From: Polyangiales bacterium
Lineage (GTDB): Bacteria > Myxococcota_A > Polyangia > Polyangiales > Ga0077539
Assembly: GCA_046351535.1 (NCBI GenBank)
Contig: JAXLYG010000005.1
Span: forward strand, 229,334-293,333
Length of the DNA stretch: 64,000 nt
Reading direction: 5' to 3'
Made by a program: the position numbers and the translations under genes. Positions 26,342-39,900 of this stretch are shown piece after piece. Below the pieces are notes generated by a model, which worked only from the letters and a program-made list of their open reading frames with translations, did no database searches and was not told the origin of the DNA. The stretch's first letter is position 1, and every line of letters begins with the position of its first letter.

Positions 26342-28288
26342 ATGGCCCTCTTGCAGATCTTCGACCCCAAGGCCCGCGCGGTCCCCATCGGCATCGACCT
26401 CGGGACCACCAACTCCCTCGTCGCCTACGTCGTCGATGGTCGCCCCGAGTGCATCACCGATTGCAACCTCTCGGCGCTCCTCCCGAGCGTGGTTCACTAC
26501 GGCCCCCACAGCGTCATCGTCGGCGACGACGCGCGCGCCCTCGCGGCGGAGAATCCCCGCGAGACCCTCGTCTCGGTGAAGCGCTTCATGGGCCGCGGCG
26601 CGGACGATCCCGAGACCCGCAGGCTCGGCCCCTACGACTTCGTCTCGCCGCGTGAGGGAGAGTCCAACACCGTGCGCTTCATGGTGCGCGGTCGCGAGGT
26701 CACCCCCGTCGAGGTCTCCGCCGAGATTCTCAAGGTGCTCAAGGCCCGCGCGGAGGATCACCTCCGCACCGTGGGCGGCGCGGTGATCACCGTGCCCGCG
26801 TACTTCGACGACGCGCAGCGACAGGCCACCCGCGACGCCGCGCGCCTCGCCGGACTCGAAGTGCTGCGCCTCCTCAACGAGCCCACCGCCGCGGCCCTCG
26901 CCTACGGCCTCGACAAGGGGCGCACCGCGGGGACCTTCGCCGTCTACGACCTCGGCGGAGGCACCTTCGACATCACCATCCTCTCGCTCGACGACGGCGT
27001 TTTTCAGGTCCGTTCGACGGGCGGAGACTCGCAGCTCGGCGGCGACGACATGGACCGCGCCGTCGCCACCGCGGCGCTCCGCGAGATGGGCGTCACGGAC
27101 CTCGATGCTGCCTCGCCGGGGCTCGTGCGCAGGGCGCTCGACGCGGCGCGCGCGGCCAAGCACCGGCTCACCGCAGAGACCTCCACCACGCTCACCATCG
27201 CGCGCGATGACGGAACGGACTTCTCCCAGACGCTCACGCGCGAGGCCTTCGACGCGCTCGTGCGACCCGTCGTCGAGCGCACCGGACCGGCTTGCAGAAG
27301 GGCGCTCCGCGACGCGGGCGTGAAGCCCGAGGAGCTCGACGGGGTGATCCTCGTGGGCGGCTCGACGCGCGTCCCGCTCGTGCGATCGTTCGTGGCCGAA
27401 CTGTTCAAGCGTCAGCCCCTCGCGGACATCGACCCCGATCAGGTCGTCGCCGCGGGCGCCGCGCTCCAGGCCGACATGCTCGCGGGCGAGGGGCCCCGAG
27501 AGGACGCGCTGATTCTCGACGTGATCCCGCTCTCGCTCGGCATCGAGACGATGGGCGGCGTGGCCGAGAAGATCCTCCCGAGGAACACCACGATCCCCGC
27601 GGGGCGCGCGCAGCTCTTCACCACGTACTCCGATCAGCAGACGGGCTTCGTCATCCACGTCGTGCAGGGCGAGCGAGAGCTCGCCGCCGACAACCGCTCG
27701 CTCGCGACCTTCACGCTCAAGGGAATCCCCCAGATGCCCGCGGGCGCCGCGAGGCTCGAGGTGACCTTCCGCGTCGACGCCGACGGGCTCCTCTCGGTCA
27801 CCGCGAAGGAGCTCACCACGGGCGTCGAGCAGCACGTCGAGGTGAAGCCCTCGTACGGACTCGAAGCCGACGACGTGGAGCGCATGCTCATGGAGTCCTT
27901 CGAACACGCCGAGGAGGACATCGCCGCGCGGCAGCTCCGCGAGCGCACCGTCGAGGCCGAGCAGGTGATCGCCGCGACCCACAAAGCCCTCTCGCTCGAC
28001 GGAGACCTCCTCGACGAGGACGAGCGCGCCGAGCTCGACGGCGCCCTCGCGGCGCTTCGAAAGGCCGTGGAGAAGGGTGACTCCACGGGCATTCACCTCC
28101 GCACCGAGGCGCTCGATCGCGCGGCCCTCCCGCTCGCCGAGCGCAGGATGAACCGCGCCGTGAAGCGGGCGATGTCTGGCCACGAGCTCCAGGAGTTCGA
28201 GCGCGAGCTCAAGGATCGGCCCGCGCACCCGCACCTCGTGGAGCCCCACGACCACGACCACGGCCACGACCACGATCACGCGCACTGA
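26342..28288 (+). CDS. hscA: Fe-S assembly chaperone HscA (Hsp70 family) with His/Asp-rich C-terminal tail
   Basis: Hsp70 signatures ([13 protein letters not shown]; [14 protein letters not shown]; [11 protein letters not shown]). The C-terminus ends [13 protein letters not shown]. Confidence 0.9.
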   Translation: MALLQIFDPKARAVPIGIDLGTTNSLVAYVVDGRPECITDCNLSALLPSVVHYGPHSVIVGDDARALAAENPRETLVSVKRFMGRGADDPETRRLGPYDFVSPREGESNTVRFMVRGREVTPVEVSAEILKVLKARAEDHLRTVGGAVITVPAYFDDAQRQATRDAARLAGLEVLRLLNEPTAAALAYGLDKGRTAGTFAVYDLGGGTFDITILSLDDGVFQVRSTGGDSQLGGDDMDRAVATAALREMGVTDLDAASPGLVRRALDAARAAKHRLTAETSTTLTIARDDGTDFSQTLTREAFDALVRPVVERTGPACRRALRDAGVKPEELDGVILVGGSTRVPLVRSFVAELFKRQPLADIDPDQVVAAGAALQADMLAGEGPREDALILDVIPLSLGIETMGGVAEKILPRNTTIPAGRAQLFTTYSDQQTGFVIHVVQGERELAADNRSLATFTLKGIPQMPAGAARLEVTFRVDADGLLSVTAKELTTGVEQHVEVKPSYGLEADDVERMLMESFEHAEEDIAARQLRERTVEAEQVIAATHKALSLDGDLLDEDERAELDGALAALRKAVEKGDSTGIHLRTEALDRAALPLAERRMNRAVKRAMSGHELQEFERELKDRPAHPHLVEPHDHDHGHDHDHAH

Positions 28289-28302
28289 GAGAGGACCATC
28301 TG

Positions 28303-28680
28303 ATGAGCGTCGTGCGCTTTCTCAACACCGAAACGGGCCCCGTCGAAGTCGAGGTCCCCGTCGGAACGAGCATCCTCCAGGCCGCGCAGAAGGGACACGT
28401 CCCCGAGGGGAGCGCGTGCGGCGGCGTCTGCGCGTGCTCGACCTGCCACGTCTACGTGCGCGAGGGATCGAAGCTCCTGAGCGAGGCCGAAGACGAGGAG
28501 CTCGACATCCTCGACAAGGCCTTCGGCGTCGAGCTGACCTCGCGCCTCGGCTGTCAGGCGAAGATCGAGCGCGAGGGGACGCTCGTCGTCGAGCTCACGC
28601 GCGAGAGCGTCGACACCTGGTACAACGAGCACCCGCAGGAGCGTCACGCCCGCGACGCGCGGCTGAAGAAGGGCTCCTGA
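28303..28680 (+). CDS. fdx: [2Fe-2S] ferredoxin, adrenodoxin-type (isc Fdx)
   Basis: Cys ligands C-x5-C-x2-C…C (GSACGGVCACSTCHV … LGCQ). Confidence 0.85.
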   Translation: MSVVRFLNTETGPVEVEVPVGTSILQAAQKGHVPEGSACGGVCACSTCHVYVREGSKLLSEAEDEELDILDKAFGVELTSRLGCQAKIEREGTLVVELTRESVDTWYNEHPQERHARDARLKKGS

Positions 28681-28688
28681 GCGACGCG

Positions 28689-29327
28689 CTACAGGTGAAA
28701 GCCGAGCTGCGCCGAGCCCGCGAGCTGGACCCCGATGGAGTCTCCGGTCTGCTCGAAGTTGACCGTGGTGGGTGAGGCGCTGCGCGTGAGGTTGAGCACG
28801 TAGACGTCGAGGCCCACGCCGAGCGTGAAGTAGCGCCCGAGCCAGAAGTCGACGCCCGCTCCGCCCGAGAGCGTCCAGCCGCGCACCGAGGGGCACGCCG
28901 TCGAGGTCGACGTGGGGTTGCAGTGCGCGAGCGAGCTCGACACGCGCAGGTCGCCGAGCCACGCGTAGCCGAAGCCGAGGCGCGCGTAGGGCTGCACCAC
29001 GGGGATGGGAAGCCTCAGCTCGACCATCCCGCCGAGCGTGCCGATGTCGTACGAGGTGAAGCGCGAGAAATCGCTGTGCGCGCCGAAGGCCACGGGGCCG
29101 AAGCGCAGCCCGAGGGTGCCGCCGAAATGGCTGCCCCACTCGCGCGACTCGTTCACGCCGGGCAGGAGCGCGTCGTTCGAGAACGCGAGCACGTTGGCGT
29201 AGGCGAAGCCCACCTGCGCGTCGACGAAGGGCGTGTCGGTGCTCGAGTCTTTGTGGGCGTACGCGGCGCTCGACGCGAGCGAGAGGCCGAGCGTGACGGA
29301 CGCCGCGAGGAGGCTCCGCGCGCTCAT
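28689..29327 (-). CDS. outer-membrane beta-barrel protein (OmpA-like/OmpW-like small barrel)
   Basis: Signal peptide (MSARSLLAASVTLGLSLASSAAYA) and alternating amphipathic strands rich in aromatics and Gly. The C-terminus has the terminal motif expected of barrel proteins. Confidence 0.55.
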   Translation of the reverse strand: MSARSLLAASVTLGLSLASSAAYAHKDSSTDTPFVDAQVGFAYANVLAFSNDALLPGVNESREWGSHFGGTLGLRFGPVAFGAHSDFSRFTSYDIGTLGGMVELRLPIPVVQPYARLGFGYAWLGDLRVSSSLAHCNPTSTSTACPSVRGWTLSGGAGVDFWLGRYFTLGVGLDVYVLNLTRSASPTTVNFEQTGDSIGVQLAGSAQLGFHL

Positions 29328-29518
29328 GACGGCCGCCTCACGACGGCGGCGAGGTCTTCTTCGGTGGGGGCCTCGTCACGCACGGGGATGCTGTACGCGC
29401 CGCCGATCCAGCGCCCGAGGTCGACGGTGCGGCAGCGCACCGAGCAGAAGGGGAACGCGGGGTTCTCGGGGCGCCTCGCGGTGACCTCGGCCTGGCAGAT
29501 CGGACAGCGTGAGCTCAT
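29324..29518 (-). CDS. yacG: DNA gyrase inhibitor YacG (zinc-binding)
   Basis: CPICQ…FPFCSVRCRTVDLGRWIGG matches the YacG zinc-ribbon signature. 64 aa. Confidence 0.7.
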   Translation of the reverse strand: MSSRCPICQAEVTARRPENPAFPFCSVRCRTVDLGRWIGGAYSIPVRDEAPTEEDLAAVVRRPS

Positions 29519-29566
29519 CGCCCGAGTGTACCCCAGAGAGCTATGACGCAGGGCTTTTGTGAGCCT

Positions 29567-30991
29567 CTACCGCGCTTCGAATGCGGCCGAATCGACCCAC
29601 AGACCGTGGAATCCGAAGGGCACGCGCTGCGGCATGAGCACCCGCGCGAGGGGGCGCTGCGTGAGCGTTCGCGCGTCGAGGATCACGAGCTCGCTGCGCT
29701 GCTCGCGCTCGTCCCAGACGAAGGTCATGAGGTAGCCGTCGTCTTCGGTCGATGAGGGCGTTCGGGGCACGAACACGGCCTCGCCGCCGTAGCGTCCTCG
29801 CCCCCACGCGTGCGCCTCGGAGCTGCCGGTCGAGAGGTCGTACTTGATCACCGCGTCGATCCACGGGCGGCCGTCGCGGCGCGAGGGGTCGACGCGCGCC
29901 GTGTAGACCATGCGCGTCGGAGCGCCCGTCACGCCGTCGTGGATGCGCGGGAAATCACTGCCCACGTCGTCGAGCGGCTCCTCGTGCACGGCGCCCGTCG
30001 AGAGGTCGAAGCGCCATCGGTGGAGCCGTCCCGTCTCGGAGGGAGCGCCCTCGTTCGTGACGGCGTTGGAGAGCACGTCGGTGCGGTCCATGCGGCACGC
30101 GACGAGCACCACGGAGTCGTCTTCTTCCCATGCGTTGGCGGTGTGGAAGACCATGCACGACGGCGCGTCGAACCAACGCACGTCGGCGTCGCCTCCGCCG
30201 CGCGGGAGCACGCCGAAGCGCGACCCCATCTCGGGCTTGAACACGATGGGAAAGCGCCCCTCGCTCATGCGCTCGTGTTCGAAGACCAGCGGGAGGTCCA
30301 TGATCACCGCGTAGCGCTCGGTGATCGCGAAGTCGTGCATCATCACGGGGGCGCGCAGCGAGAGTTCCGCGGCGTGGGTGAGGGTTCCGTCGGGCGCGAC
30401 CTCGCCGTAGGTGAGAAACGGCGGCCAGAACTGGTACCCGAAGGTGATCATCTCGCCCGTCGCGGGGTCGATCTTGGGGTGCGCCGTGAAGGGCAGCGGC
30501 CACGACCCCTCGAAGTCGTAGAGCCCCACGGTGTCGAGCGACGGGAGGCGCAGCTCGTAGGCGCCGGTGGCCTCCATCAGCGCGAGGAGCTTCGATCCGT
30601 GGTGGATCATCGCGGTGTTCGCCGTGTGCTTGATGAGGATCCCTTCGGGGGGATCGGTCGCGAGCGGCGACGCGAGGCCGCCCCAGAGCGCGCGCCCCGC
30701 GTCGTGTTCGAGCTGCCACGGGCGCGTGCGGACCCATCGGTTGCGGTACGACGCGCGGCCCTTCGAGAGCCGCACGGCGTGGATCATTCCGTCGCCGTCG
30801 AACCAGTGATAGGCGCCGTCGGGATCGAACTGCGGGTTCGGTCCGTTACGGAGGAACACGCCGTCGAGGTCGCGCGGGATCTCGCCGATCACCGTGGGAT
30901 TGTCGGCGTCGACCTCGCGACGAACGGGCGCGAAGTTGCCTGAGAGAAAGGCTTGAGCAGAGTCTCCGCTGGTACGCATCACCCGCCACAC
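29567..30991 (-). CDS. carotenoid cleavage oxygenase family (RPE65/apocarotenoid oxygenase-like)
   Basis: N-terminal FLSGNFAPVRREV…NGPNP, and the four conserved His that are iron ligands spaced through a seven-bladed propeller-sized protein (HWFDGDGMIH… etc.). Confidence 0.8.
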   Translation of the reverse strand: MWRVMRTSGDSAQAFLSGNFAPVRREVDADNPTVIGEIPRDLDGVFLRNGPNPQFDPDGAYHWFDGDGMIHAVRLSKGRASYRNRWVRTRPWQLEHDAGRALWGGLASPLATDPPEGILIKHTANTAMIHHGSKLLALMEATGAYELRLPSLDTVGLYDFEGSWPLPFTAHPKIDPATGEMITFGYQFWPPFLTYGEVAPDGTLTHAAELSLRAPVMMHDFAITERYAVIMDLPLVFEHERMSEGRFPIVFKPEMGSRFGVLPRGGGDADVRWFDAPSCMVFHTANAWEEDDSVVLVACRMDRTDVLSNAVTNEGAPSETGRLHRWRFDLSTGAVHEEPLDDVGSDFPRIHDGVTGAPTRMVYTARVDPSRRDGRPWIDAVIKYDLSTGSSEAHAWGRGRYGGEAVFVPRTPSSTEDDGYLMTFVWDEREQRSELVILDARTLTQRPLARVLMPQRVPFGFHGLWVDSAAFEAR

Positions 30992-31167
30992 TACCGCACG
31001 CGCGGCGAGGCTTGAACGCGTAAGTGATTACGCACGCACCGCGGCGTGGTCGCCCACTTGCAGTCACCACACGATCACGGCACCCTCTCGATCCGCGTCG
31101 ACTCGCGGCGGTGGTGGAGCCGCGAACCCTCCGTCGACGCAACGCTTCGAACAAAGGACTCGCGCGC

Positions 31168-31932
31168 ATGAAGCAACCGCTCTCTCATCGCCACGTGATG
31201 GCTGCGACCCTCGGGCTCATGGGGGCGCTCGCGAGCGCAGAGAGCGCGGCGCAGGGCGTGAACCCCGCGGTGGCTCCCGCGACGGCCACCGTAGCGACCG
31301 CGGCTGCCACCGCCGCGCCGAGAGAGACGCCCGCGGCGACGCCCGATCGACCCGCTGCCCAGCCCGAGGCGGTCACCGTGACCGAGGTGCCCGTCGACGG
31401 GATCCTCGTGCGCAGGGGCCGCTCCGAGACCGTGATCAACGCGCCGATGGACGTGGTCGTGCGCGCGATGACCGACTACACGCGCTACAGCGAGTTCATG
31501 CCGCACGTGCGCGAGAGCCGCGTCGTGCGTCGCAACCGCAGCGCGACCGACGTCTACGTGCAGGTGCCGCTCGGCGGATCGCTCGGCGTGATCTGGGCGC
31601 TGCTGCGCATCGACGCGCACCGTCAGGCCGACCGCGTCGACCTCGTGGGCCAGACCGTCGACAGCAACATGGACCGCTTCGAGACCCGGTCGGTCATCGA
31701 GCGCGTCCCCGGCCCCGAGACGCGCACGCGCGTGGTGTTCGAAGTGCTGGCCCTGCCGCGGCTGCCCTTCCCCTCGTCGGTGTTCACCCGCGAGATGCGC
31801 GACGCGGCGCGCACGGTGGCGAACAACCTCCGCACGCGCGTCGAGCGTCAGCTCGCGATCAACACCCTGCCCACGCCCGCGGGCGCCCCCGCCGGCGCGC
31901 AGGTTCCGCCGAACGCCACGTCGAGCCGCTGA
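31168..31932 (+). CDS. secreted SRPBCC (START/Bet v1-like, polyketide-cyclase-like) domain protein
   Basis: Signal peptide (MKQPLSHRHVMAATLGLMGALASAESAAQG) and an Ala/Thr-rich linker. The C-terminal 150 aa resemble the Polyketide_cyc2/SRPBCC fold by pattern. Family-level only. Confidence 0.5.
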   Translation: MKQPLSHRHVMAATLGLMGALASAESAAQGVNPAVAPATATVATAAATAAPRETPAATPDRPAAQPEAVTVTEVPVDGILVRRGRSETVINAPMDVVVRAMTDYTRYSEFMPHVRESRVVRRNRSATDVYVQVPLGGSLGVIWALLRIDAHRQADRVDLVGQTVDSNMDRFETRSVIERVPGPETRTRVVFEVLALPRLPFPSSVFTREMRDAARTVANNLRTRVERQLAINTLPTPAGAPAGAQVPPNATSSR

Positions 31933-32007
31933 AGGCGCTCTCCCCGCGCTTTCGCGCGTCTACGCGGGTTGCCCGCGGTCACTTCGCCCCCCATTGACTC
32001 CCATTGC

Positions 32008-32036
32008 CTTGACCCCCCATCGACGGGGGTGTTAGA
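32008..32036 (+). promoter_or_regulatory. candidate sigma-70-type promoter of the atp operon (TTGACC, 17 bp, TTAGAA)
   Basis: Read directly, about 100 bp upstream of the first atp gene. Flanked by C-rich direct repeats CCCCCCATTGAC and CCCCCCATCGAC. Confidence 0.25.
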
Positions 32037-32133
32037 AGCGCGCGCGTTCGAGGGATCGGCGCATCGGGTGTTTCACGAAAACACCTCAATTGCCCGAAGC
32101 TCGACGCGGTGTCGTCCCCCGCCGGAGCCCTTC

Positions 32134-32607
32134 ATGCCCGCACCGTTCCTGCTGCTCGTCGCCAACGAGCGACCGCTGATCAACATCGACGTCACGCTGC
32201 TGCTGAACCTCGGCGTGTGGCTGGCGTTGTTCTTCTTCCTCCGCGCGGTGCTGTGGAAGCCCATGCTCGACCTCATCGAGGCGCGCGAGGCTGGCACCGA
32301 GGGAGCTCGCAAGCTCGCCGCCTCGCTCGAACACGACGCGAAAGAACTCCGCGAGAGGCTCACGAAGGAGCTCTCCGCCGCGCGCGTCTCGGCCGCGGCC
32401 GACCGCGACGCCCTGCGCGCCGAAGGGGCGAAGCGCGACGCCGAGCTCACCGCGAAGGTCCGCGACGAGGTGAACGCCCAGGTCGGCAGCCAGCGCGCCG
32501 AGATCGCCGCCCAGAAGATCAAGGTCCGCGGCGAGATCATGGCCCTCGTTCCCGCGCTCGCGACCGACATCGCGACGAAGGTTCTCCGTCGGGAGGTGCG
32601 CTCGTGA
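32134..32607 (+). CDS. F0F1 ATP synthase subunit b' (second b-type stator subunit)
   Basis: Single N-terminal TM (LNLGVWLALFFFLRAVLWKP) followed by a long charged helix. It is the first gene of the atp block. Confidence 0.7.
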   Translation: MPAPFLLLVANERPLINIDVTLLLNLGVWLALFFFLRAVLWKPMLDLIEAREAGTEGARKLAASLEHDAKELRERLTKELSAARVSAAADRDALRAEGAKRDAELTAKVRDEVNAQVGSQRAEIAAQKIKVRGEIMALVPALATDIATKVLRREVRS

Positions 32608-33332
32608 AGCGCTCGATCATCACGTTCGCCATCGCCCTGGCGCTCGCCGCGCCGGCCGCCTACGCGCAGGAGCACGGCTCCGAGGGAACGCCCTCCGGTG
32701 AGCACGCCGAGGGCCCCGCGCAGAATCACGAAGAGCACGGGCTCACCGAGGGCTTTCACGCCCCCGAGGCGCCCTTCAACATGGCGAACCCCTCGCCCGC
32801 GCCGGTGGTGACCGCGCACGGTGAGATCAAGGGACCGCCGCCCTTCATCGGCCCGCTGATCAACTTCGCGATCCTGGTGGTGCTCGGGTACATGGCGGTC
32901 AAGCGCCAGGTGAACCCCGCGCTCAACGCGCGTCGCGCGGCCGTCGAGACCGAGATCGCGGAGGCGAAGCGCCTCCACGACGAGGCCCAGGCGCTGCACC
33001 GCGAGTACAGCGATCGCCTCGAGAACCTCAAGGGCGAGGTCGCGGCGCTCAAGGCCGACTTCGTCAAGCAGGGCGAGGCCGAGCGCGACCGCATCATCGC
33101 CGAGGCGCAGGCCCGCGGCGAGAAGATGCGCGCCGAGGGCGTGATGGTGATCGAGCAGGAGATGCGGTCGCTCCGCGAAGAGCTGCGCCGTGAGGCCGTG
33201 CTCGCCGCCGTGAGCGCCGCGGAAGAGACCGTGCGCAAGAACGTGACCCCCGCGGACCAGACGAGGCTCGTCGACGAGTTCGTCCAGGCCATCGAGCGCG
33301 AGACCCAGTCGAACCGAGGAGCGAGCGCGTGA
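32604..33332 (+). CDS. atpF: F0F1 ATP synthase subunit b
   Basis: GTG start overlapping the upstream stop. TM (GPLINFAILVVLGYMAV) then a coiled-coil rich in A/E/R. An N-terminal extension with a signal-like segment. Confidence 0.7.
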   Translation: MKRSIITFAIALALAAPAAYAQEHGSEGTPSGEHAEGPAQNHEEHGLTEGFHAPEAPFNMANPSPAPVVTAHGEIKGPPPFIGPLINFAILVVLGYMAVKRQVNPALNARRAAVETEIAEAKRLHDEAQALHREYSDRLENLKGEVAALKADFVKQGEAERDRIIAEAQARGEKMRAEGVMVIEQEMRSLREELRREAVLAAVSAAEETVRKNVTPADQTRLVDEFVQAIERETQSNRGASA

Positions 33333-33868
33333 GCACCCCCGTCGCCCGGCGCTACGCCAAGGCCCTCTACATGATCGGCGTCGAGGAGAACCGCCTCGAC
33401 GCGCTCACCCGCGAGGTGAAGAACCTCGCCGACGTGGTGCGTTCGAGCCACGAACTCTCCGTGCTCCTCTCGAACCCCGTCATCGCGCAGGAGACCCGCC
33501 GCGCGGTGATGAACGACATCCTCACGCGCGTCGGCGTGTCGCCCACGGCGCGCAACTTCACCCTGCTCCTCACGGACCGCCGCCGCGGCGCGATGCTCCC
33601 GGCCGTGGCCGAGGCCCTCTCCTCCCTCAGCGACGAGCGCGCGGGGAAGGTGCAGGCCGAGGTCACGAGCGCGACGCCCCTCTCGGAAGCGCAGCTCCAG
33701 AAGGTCCGCGGGGCGCTCGAGAAGCTCACGGGCAAGACCGTGGCGATCACGCACAAGGTCGACGCGTCGCTCATCGGGGGCATGGTCACCCGCATCGGCG
33801 ACAAGGTCTACGACGGCAGCCTGAGGGCGCGGCTCGACGAGCTCCGCCAGATGGCCGCCTCCAACTGA
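33329..33868 (+). CDS. atpH: F0F1 ATP synthase subunit delta (OSCP)
   Basis: [10 protein letters not shown]… delta/OSCP N-terminus. About 179 aa. Overlaps the atpF stop. Confidence 0.85.
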   Translation: MSTPVARRYAKALYMIGVEENRLDALTREVKNLADVVRSSHELSVLLSNPVIAQETRRAVMNDILTRVGVSPTARNFTLLLTDRRRGAMLPAVAEALSSLSDERAGKVQAEVTSATPLSEAQLQKVRGALEKLTGKTVAITHKVDASLIGGMVTRIGDKVYDGSLRARLDELRQMAASN

Positions 33869-33938
33869 TTTTTCACCCAACGCAACTGAGCGCCCGACGC
33901 CGATGAGCGAGGCGGGCGGCACGAGACCGAGGCACACG

Positions 33939-35618
<1,680 letters not shown>

Positions 35619-35664
35619 TGTCTGCGCGCGGCACTGACCGCGCGCGCGTCCATCGAGGAGCATC

Positions 35665-36567
35665 ATGCCGTCGCTGAAAGCCATTCGCCGACGCATCACG
35701 TCGGTCAAGAACACGCAGAAGATCACCCGCGCCATGAAGATGGTCGCGGCGGCTCGACTGCGCCGCGCCACGCAGCGCATCTCAGAGCTGCGCCCGTACG
35801 CCAAGCGCACCGTCGAGGTGCTCCGCTCGGTGGCCCGCGGCGCGAGCGGAGGCGCGGATGACAACGTTCACCCGCTCCTCGCCGAGCGCCCGGTGAAGAA
35901 GGTGCTGCTCGTGGTCTTCACGAGCGACCGCGGCCTCGCCGGAGCGTTCAACTCCACGATGATCCGCATGGCCACGGCGAAGCTCCGCGAGCTCACCGAG
36001 CAGGGCCTCGAGGTCTCGCTCGCCACGGTGGGCCGCAAGGGGCGCGACTTCTTCCGCCGCCGCGGCGCCACGATCGCGCACGAGTACACGGGTCTGCCCG
36101 AGGGCAACAAGGCGAAGTCCGACGAGATCGCGCGGGTGTTCATCCACGAGTTCACGTCGGGCGAGTTCGACCAGGTGCTGCTGCTGTTCAGCGAGTTCAA
36201 GAGCGCGATCAGCCAGAAGCCCGTGCTCCAGCAGGTGCTGCCCATCGACACGGGCGCGGGCGCGACGGCGGCGACCGACGAGGCCCACGCGGGTCCTCGC
36301 ACGCTCGTCGACTTCATCTACGAGCCGTCGCGCGAGGCGCTGCTCGAGCGCCTTTTGCCCATGTACGTCGAGACGGCCGTGTACCGCGCGATGCTCGACT
36401 CGAGCGCGAGCGAGCACGGCGCCCGCATGACGGCGATGGACAACGCGACCACCAACGCCAAGAAGATGATCAGCACCCTGACGCTCCAGTACAACCGCGC
36501 CCGCCAGGCCGCGATCACCAAGGAGCTCATGGAGATCATCGGCGGCGCCGAGGCCATCAAGGAGTGA
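35665..36567 (+). CDS. atpG: F0F1 ATP synthase subunit gamma
   Basis: MPSLKAIRRRITSVKNTQKITRAMKMVAAARLRRA… and the C-terminal …ITKELMEIIGGAEAI are gamma-subunit hallmarks. Confidence 0.9.
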   Translation: MPSLKAIRRRITSVKNTQKITRAMKMVAAARLRRATQRISELRPYAKRTVEVLRSVARGASGGADDNVHPLLAERPVKKVLLVVFTSDRGLAGAFNSTMIRMATAKLRELTEQGLEVSLATVGRKGRDFFRRRGATIAHEYTGLPEGNKAKSDEIARVFIHEFTSGEFDQVLLLFSEFKSAISQKPVLQQVLPIDTGAGATAATDEAHAGPRTLVDFIYEPSREALLERLLPMYVETAVYRAMLDSSASEHGARMTAMDNATTNAKKMISTLTLQYNRARQAAITKELMEIIGGAEAIKE

Positions 36568-36675
36568 CGCGACGTCGCTCCTCGTCTCCCCTCCCGCGCG
36601 TGTAGCGGGTCAACTCCCATCCTGCGGTTTCTTTGACGGTGAGGGCGCGACTGGTGTGCAGTCGCTCCCCTCAAC

Positions 36676-37254
36676 GTGGCGTCCGAGAAGTCATCCAGCG
36701 CGTCGGTCGATGATGGTGTGTTCGCGCTCATCGCGCTGAGCATCGCGGGCTTCGTCGCGGACCACGTCCTCAAGCTCCCCGCGATGGAGAACCTCTACCT
36801 CCCGCTCGACGGGGGAAAGTGGTTCCAATACGCCACGGCGATCTTCTGCCACGGCGACTGGGAGCACCTCTCGGGCAACCTCTTCTTTCTCTTTCTCTTC
36901 GGCCGACTCGTCGAGGAGCGCATCGGCTCCGTGGGCGTCGTGCTGGCCTTTCTGGGATGCGGCCTCGGGGCCAACGTCATCTCCGCGTGGATGCTCCACG
37001 AGGGCACGCTCATCGGCGCGTCGGGCGCGGTGTTCGGGCTCTTCATCGTGAGCGTTCTGCTGCGCCTGAAGTTCGAATGGCGGAGGCTCCTCGAGGTGCT
37101 CATCCTCGGCCAGTTCGTCGTCGCGCAGGTGATGGAGGAGACCGAGCGCCTCGGCGTTCAAGACGGCGTGTCGCACCTCACGCACGTCGGCGGCGCGATC
37201 ACCGGCGCGGTCTTCGTCGCGGCCATCACGCGCATCATCAACGTGAAGGACTGA
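36676..37254 (+). CDS. rhomboid family intramembrane serine protease
   Basis: Catalytic GASGAVFG serine motif and a downstream His (SHLTHVGGAITG) in TM helices. Rhomboid-like HxxxN region (HLSGNLFFL). The start codon is uncertain. Confidence 0.65.
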   Translation: MASEKSSSASVDDGVFALIALSIAGFVADHVLKLPAMENLYLPLDGGKWFQYATAIFCHGDWEHLSGNLFFLFLFGRLVEERIGSVGVVLAFLGCGLGANVISAWMLHEGTLIGASGAVFGLFIVSVLLRLKFEWRRLLEVLILGQFVVAQVMEETERLGVQDGVSHLTHVGGAITGAVFVAAITRIINVKD

Positions 37255-37397
37255 GACCCGCGGCGGAGCGGAAGGCGCCTTCCGCCCGAGTGGCAGGCGC
37301 CTTCTGGTGGAGCGACGCTTCGAAACGCCGACGCCCCGCCGCGCATCGCTGCGTGGACGGGGCGTCGTCGGGCGCGATCACGCGCGCGCGGTGATGG

Positions 37398-39308
<1,911 letters not shown>

Positions 39309-39465
39309 CGCGATTCTCTCCTCGTTGATGCCCGCGCTGCGGGCGTTTGTTGCGCTTGTTTTCGTGAGGCCGCGCGCAACCTAGCCATCGATCACAACGC
39401 GTCAAGAGACGTGCCAAGGGCTTTTCAAACGCAGTGAAGCCTTGACATTCCGCGCGATGCGACAG

Positions 39466-39894
39466 TCATCGACGGCGCTCGATCACGGCGCGCGAGGCCC
39501 TCACGCGGAGCGCGCTCGCGTCGCCCTCGACCCCCTCGATCACCCCGACGCCACCGCGGATCTCCGCCCGACAGCCGCGCGCTTCGAGGAGCATCGCGCG
39601 CTCGCCGTCTCCCGCGACGACGAGGGCCCCGTCGCCGAGGCGCGCTTCGAAGACCGTGAGGGGGTGGGTGCCCGCGCGCGCGAAGACCTCGCGTCCGTCG
39701 CAGCGGAGGCTGTAGCCGATGACCTGCGCGCCGAGCGTCACGCGCTCGTGGGAGACGACACCGTCTGCGTAGCGCGCGACCACGACCGCGCGGGGCCTCG
39801 GGACGCGCGCGAGGCGCAGGATCCCGACGCCCGTGAGGGCCGCGACGGCCGCGACGGAGGCGAGGGCGCGCAGCGCGAGGTCACGCGCCGACAC
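39466..39894 (-). CDS. small membrane-anchored hypothetical protein (last gene of the FHA-GGDEF/ZnR-TPR string)
   Basis: N-terminal TM anchor (LASVAAVAALTGVGILRL). The start lies 7 bp from the stop of the upstream TPR gene. No family recognised. Confidence 0.4.
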   Translation of the reverse strand: MSARDLALRALASVAAVAALTGVGILRLARVPRPRAVVVARYADGVVSHERVTLGAQVIGYSLRCDGREVFARAGTHPLTVFEARLGDGALVVAGDGERAMLLEARGCRAEIRGGVGVIEGVEGDASALRVRASRAVIERRR

Positions 39895-39900
39895 GGCCCG

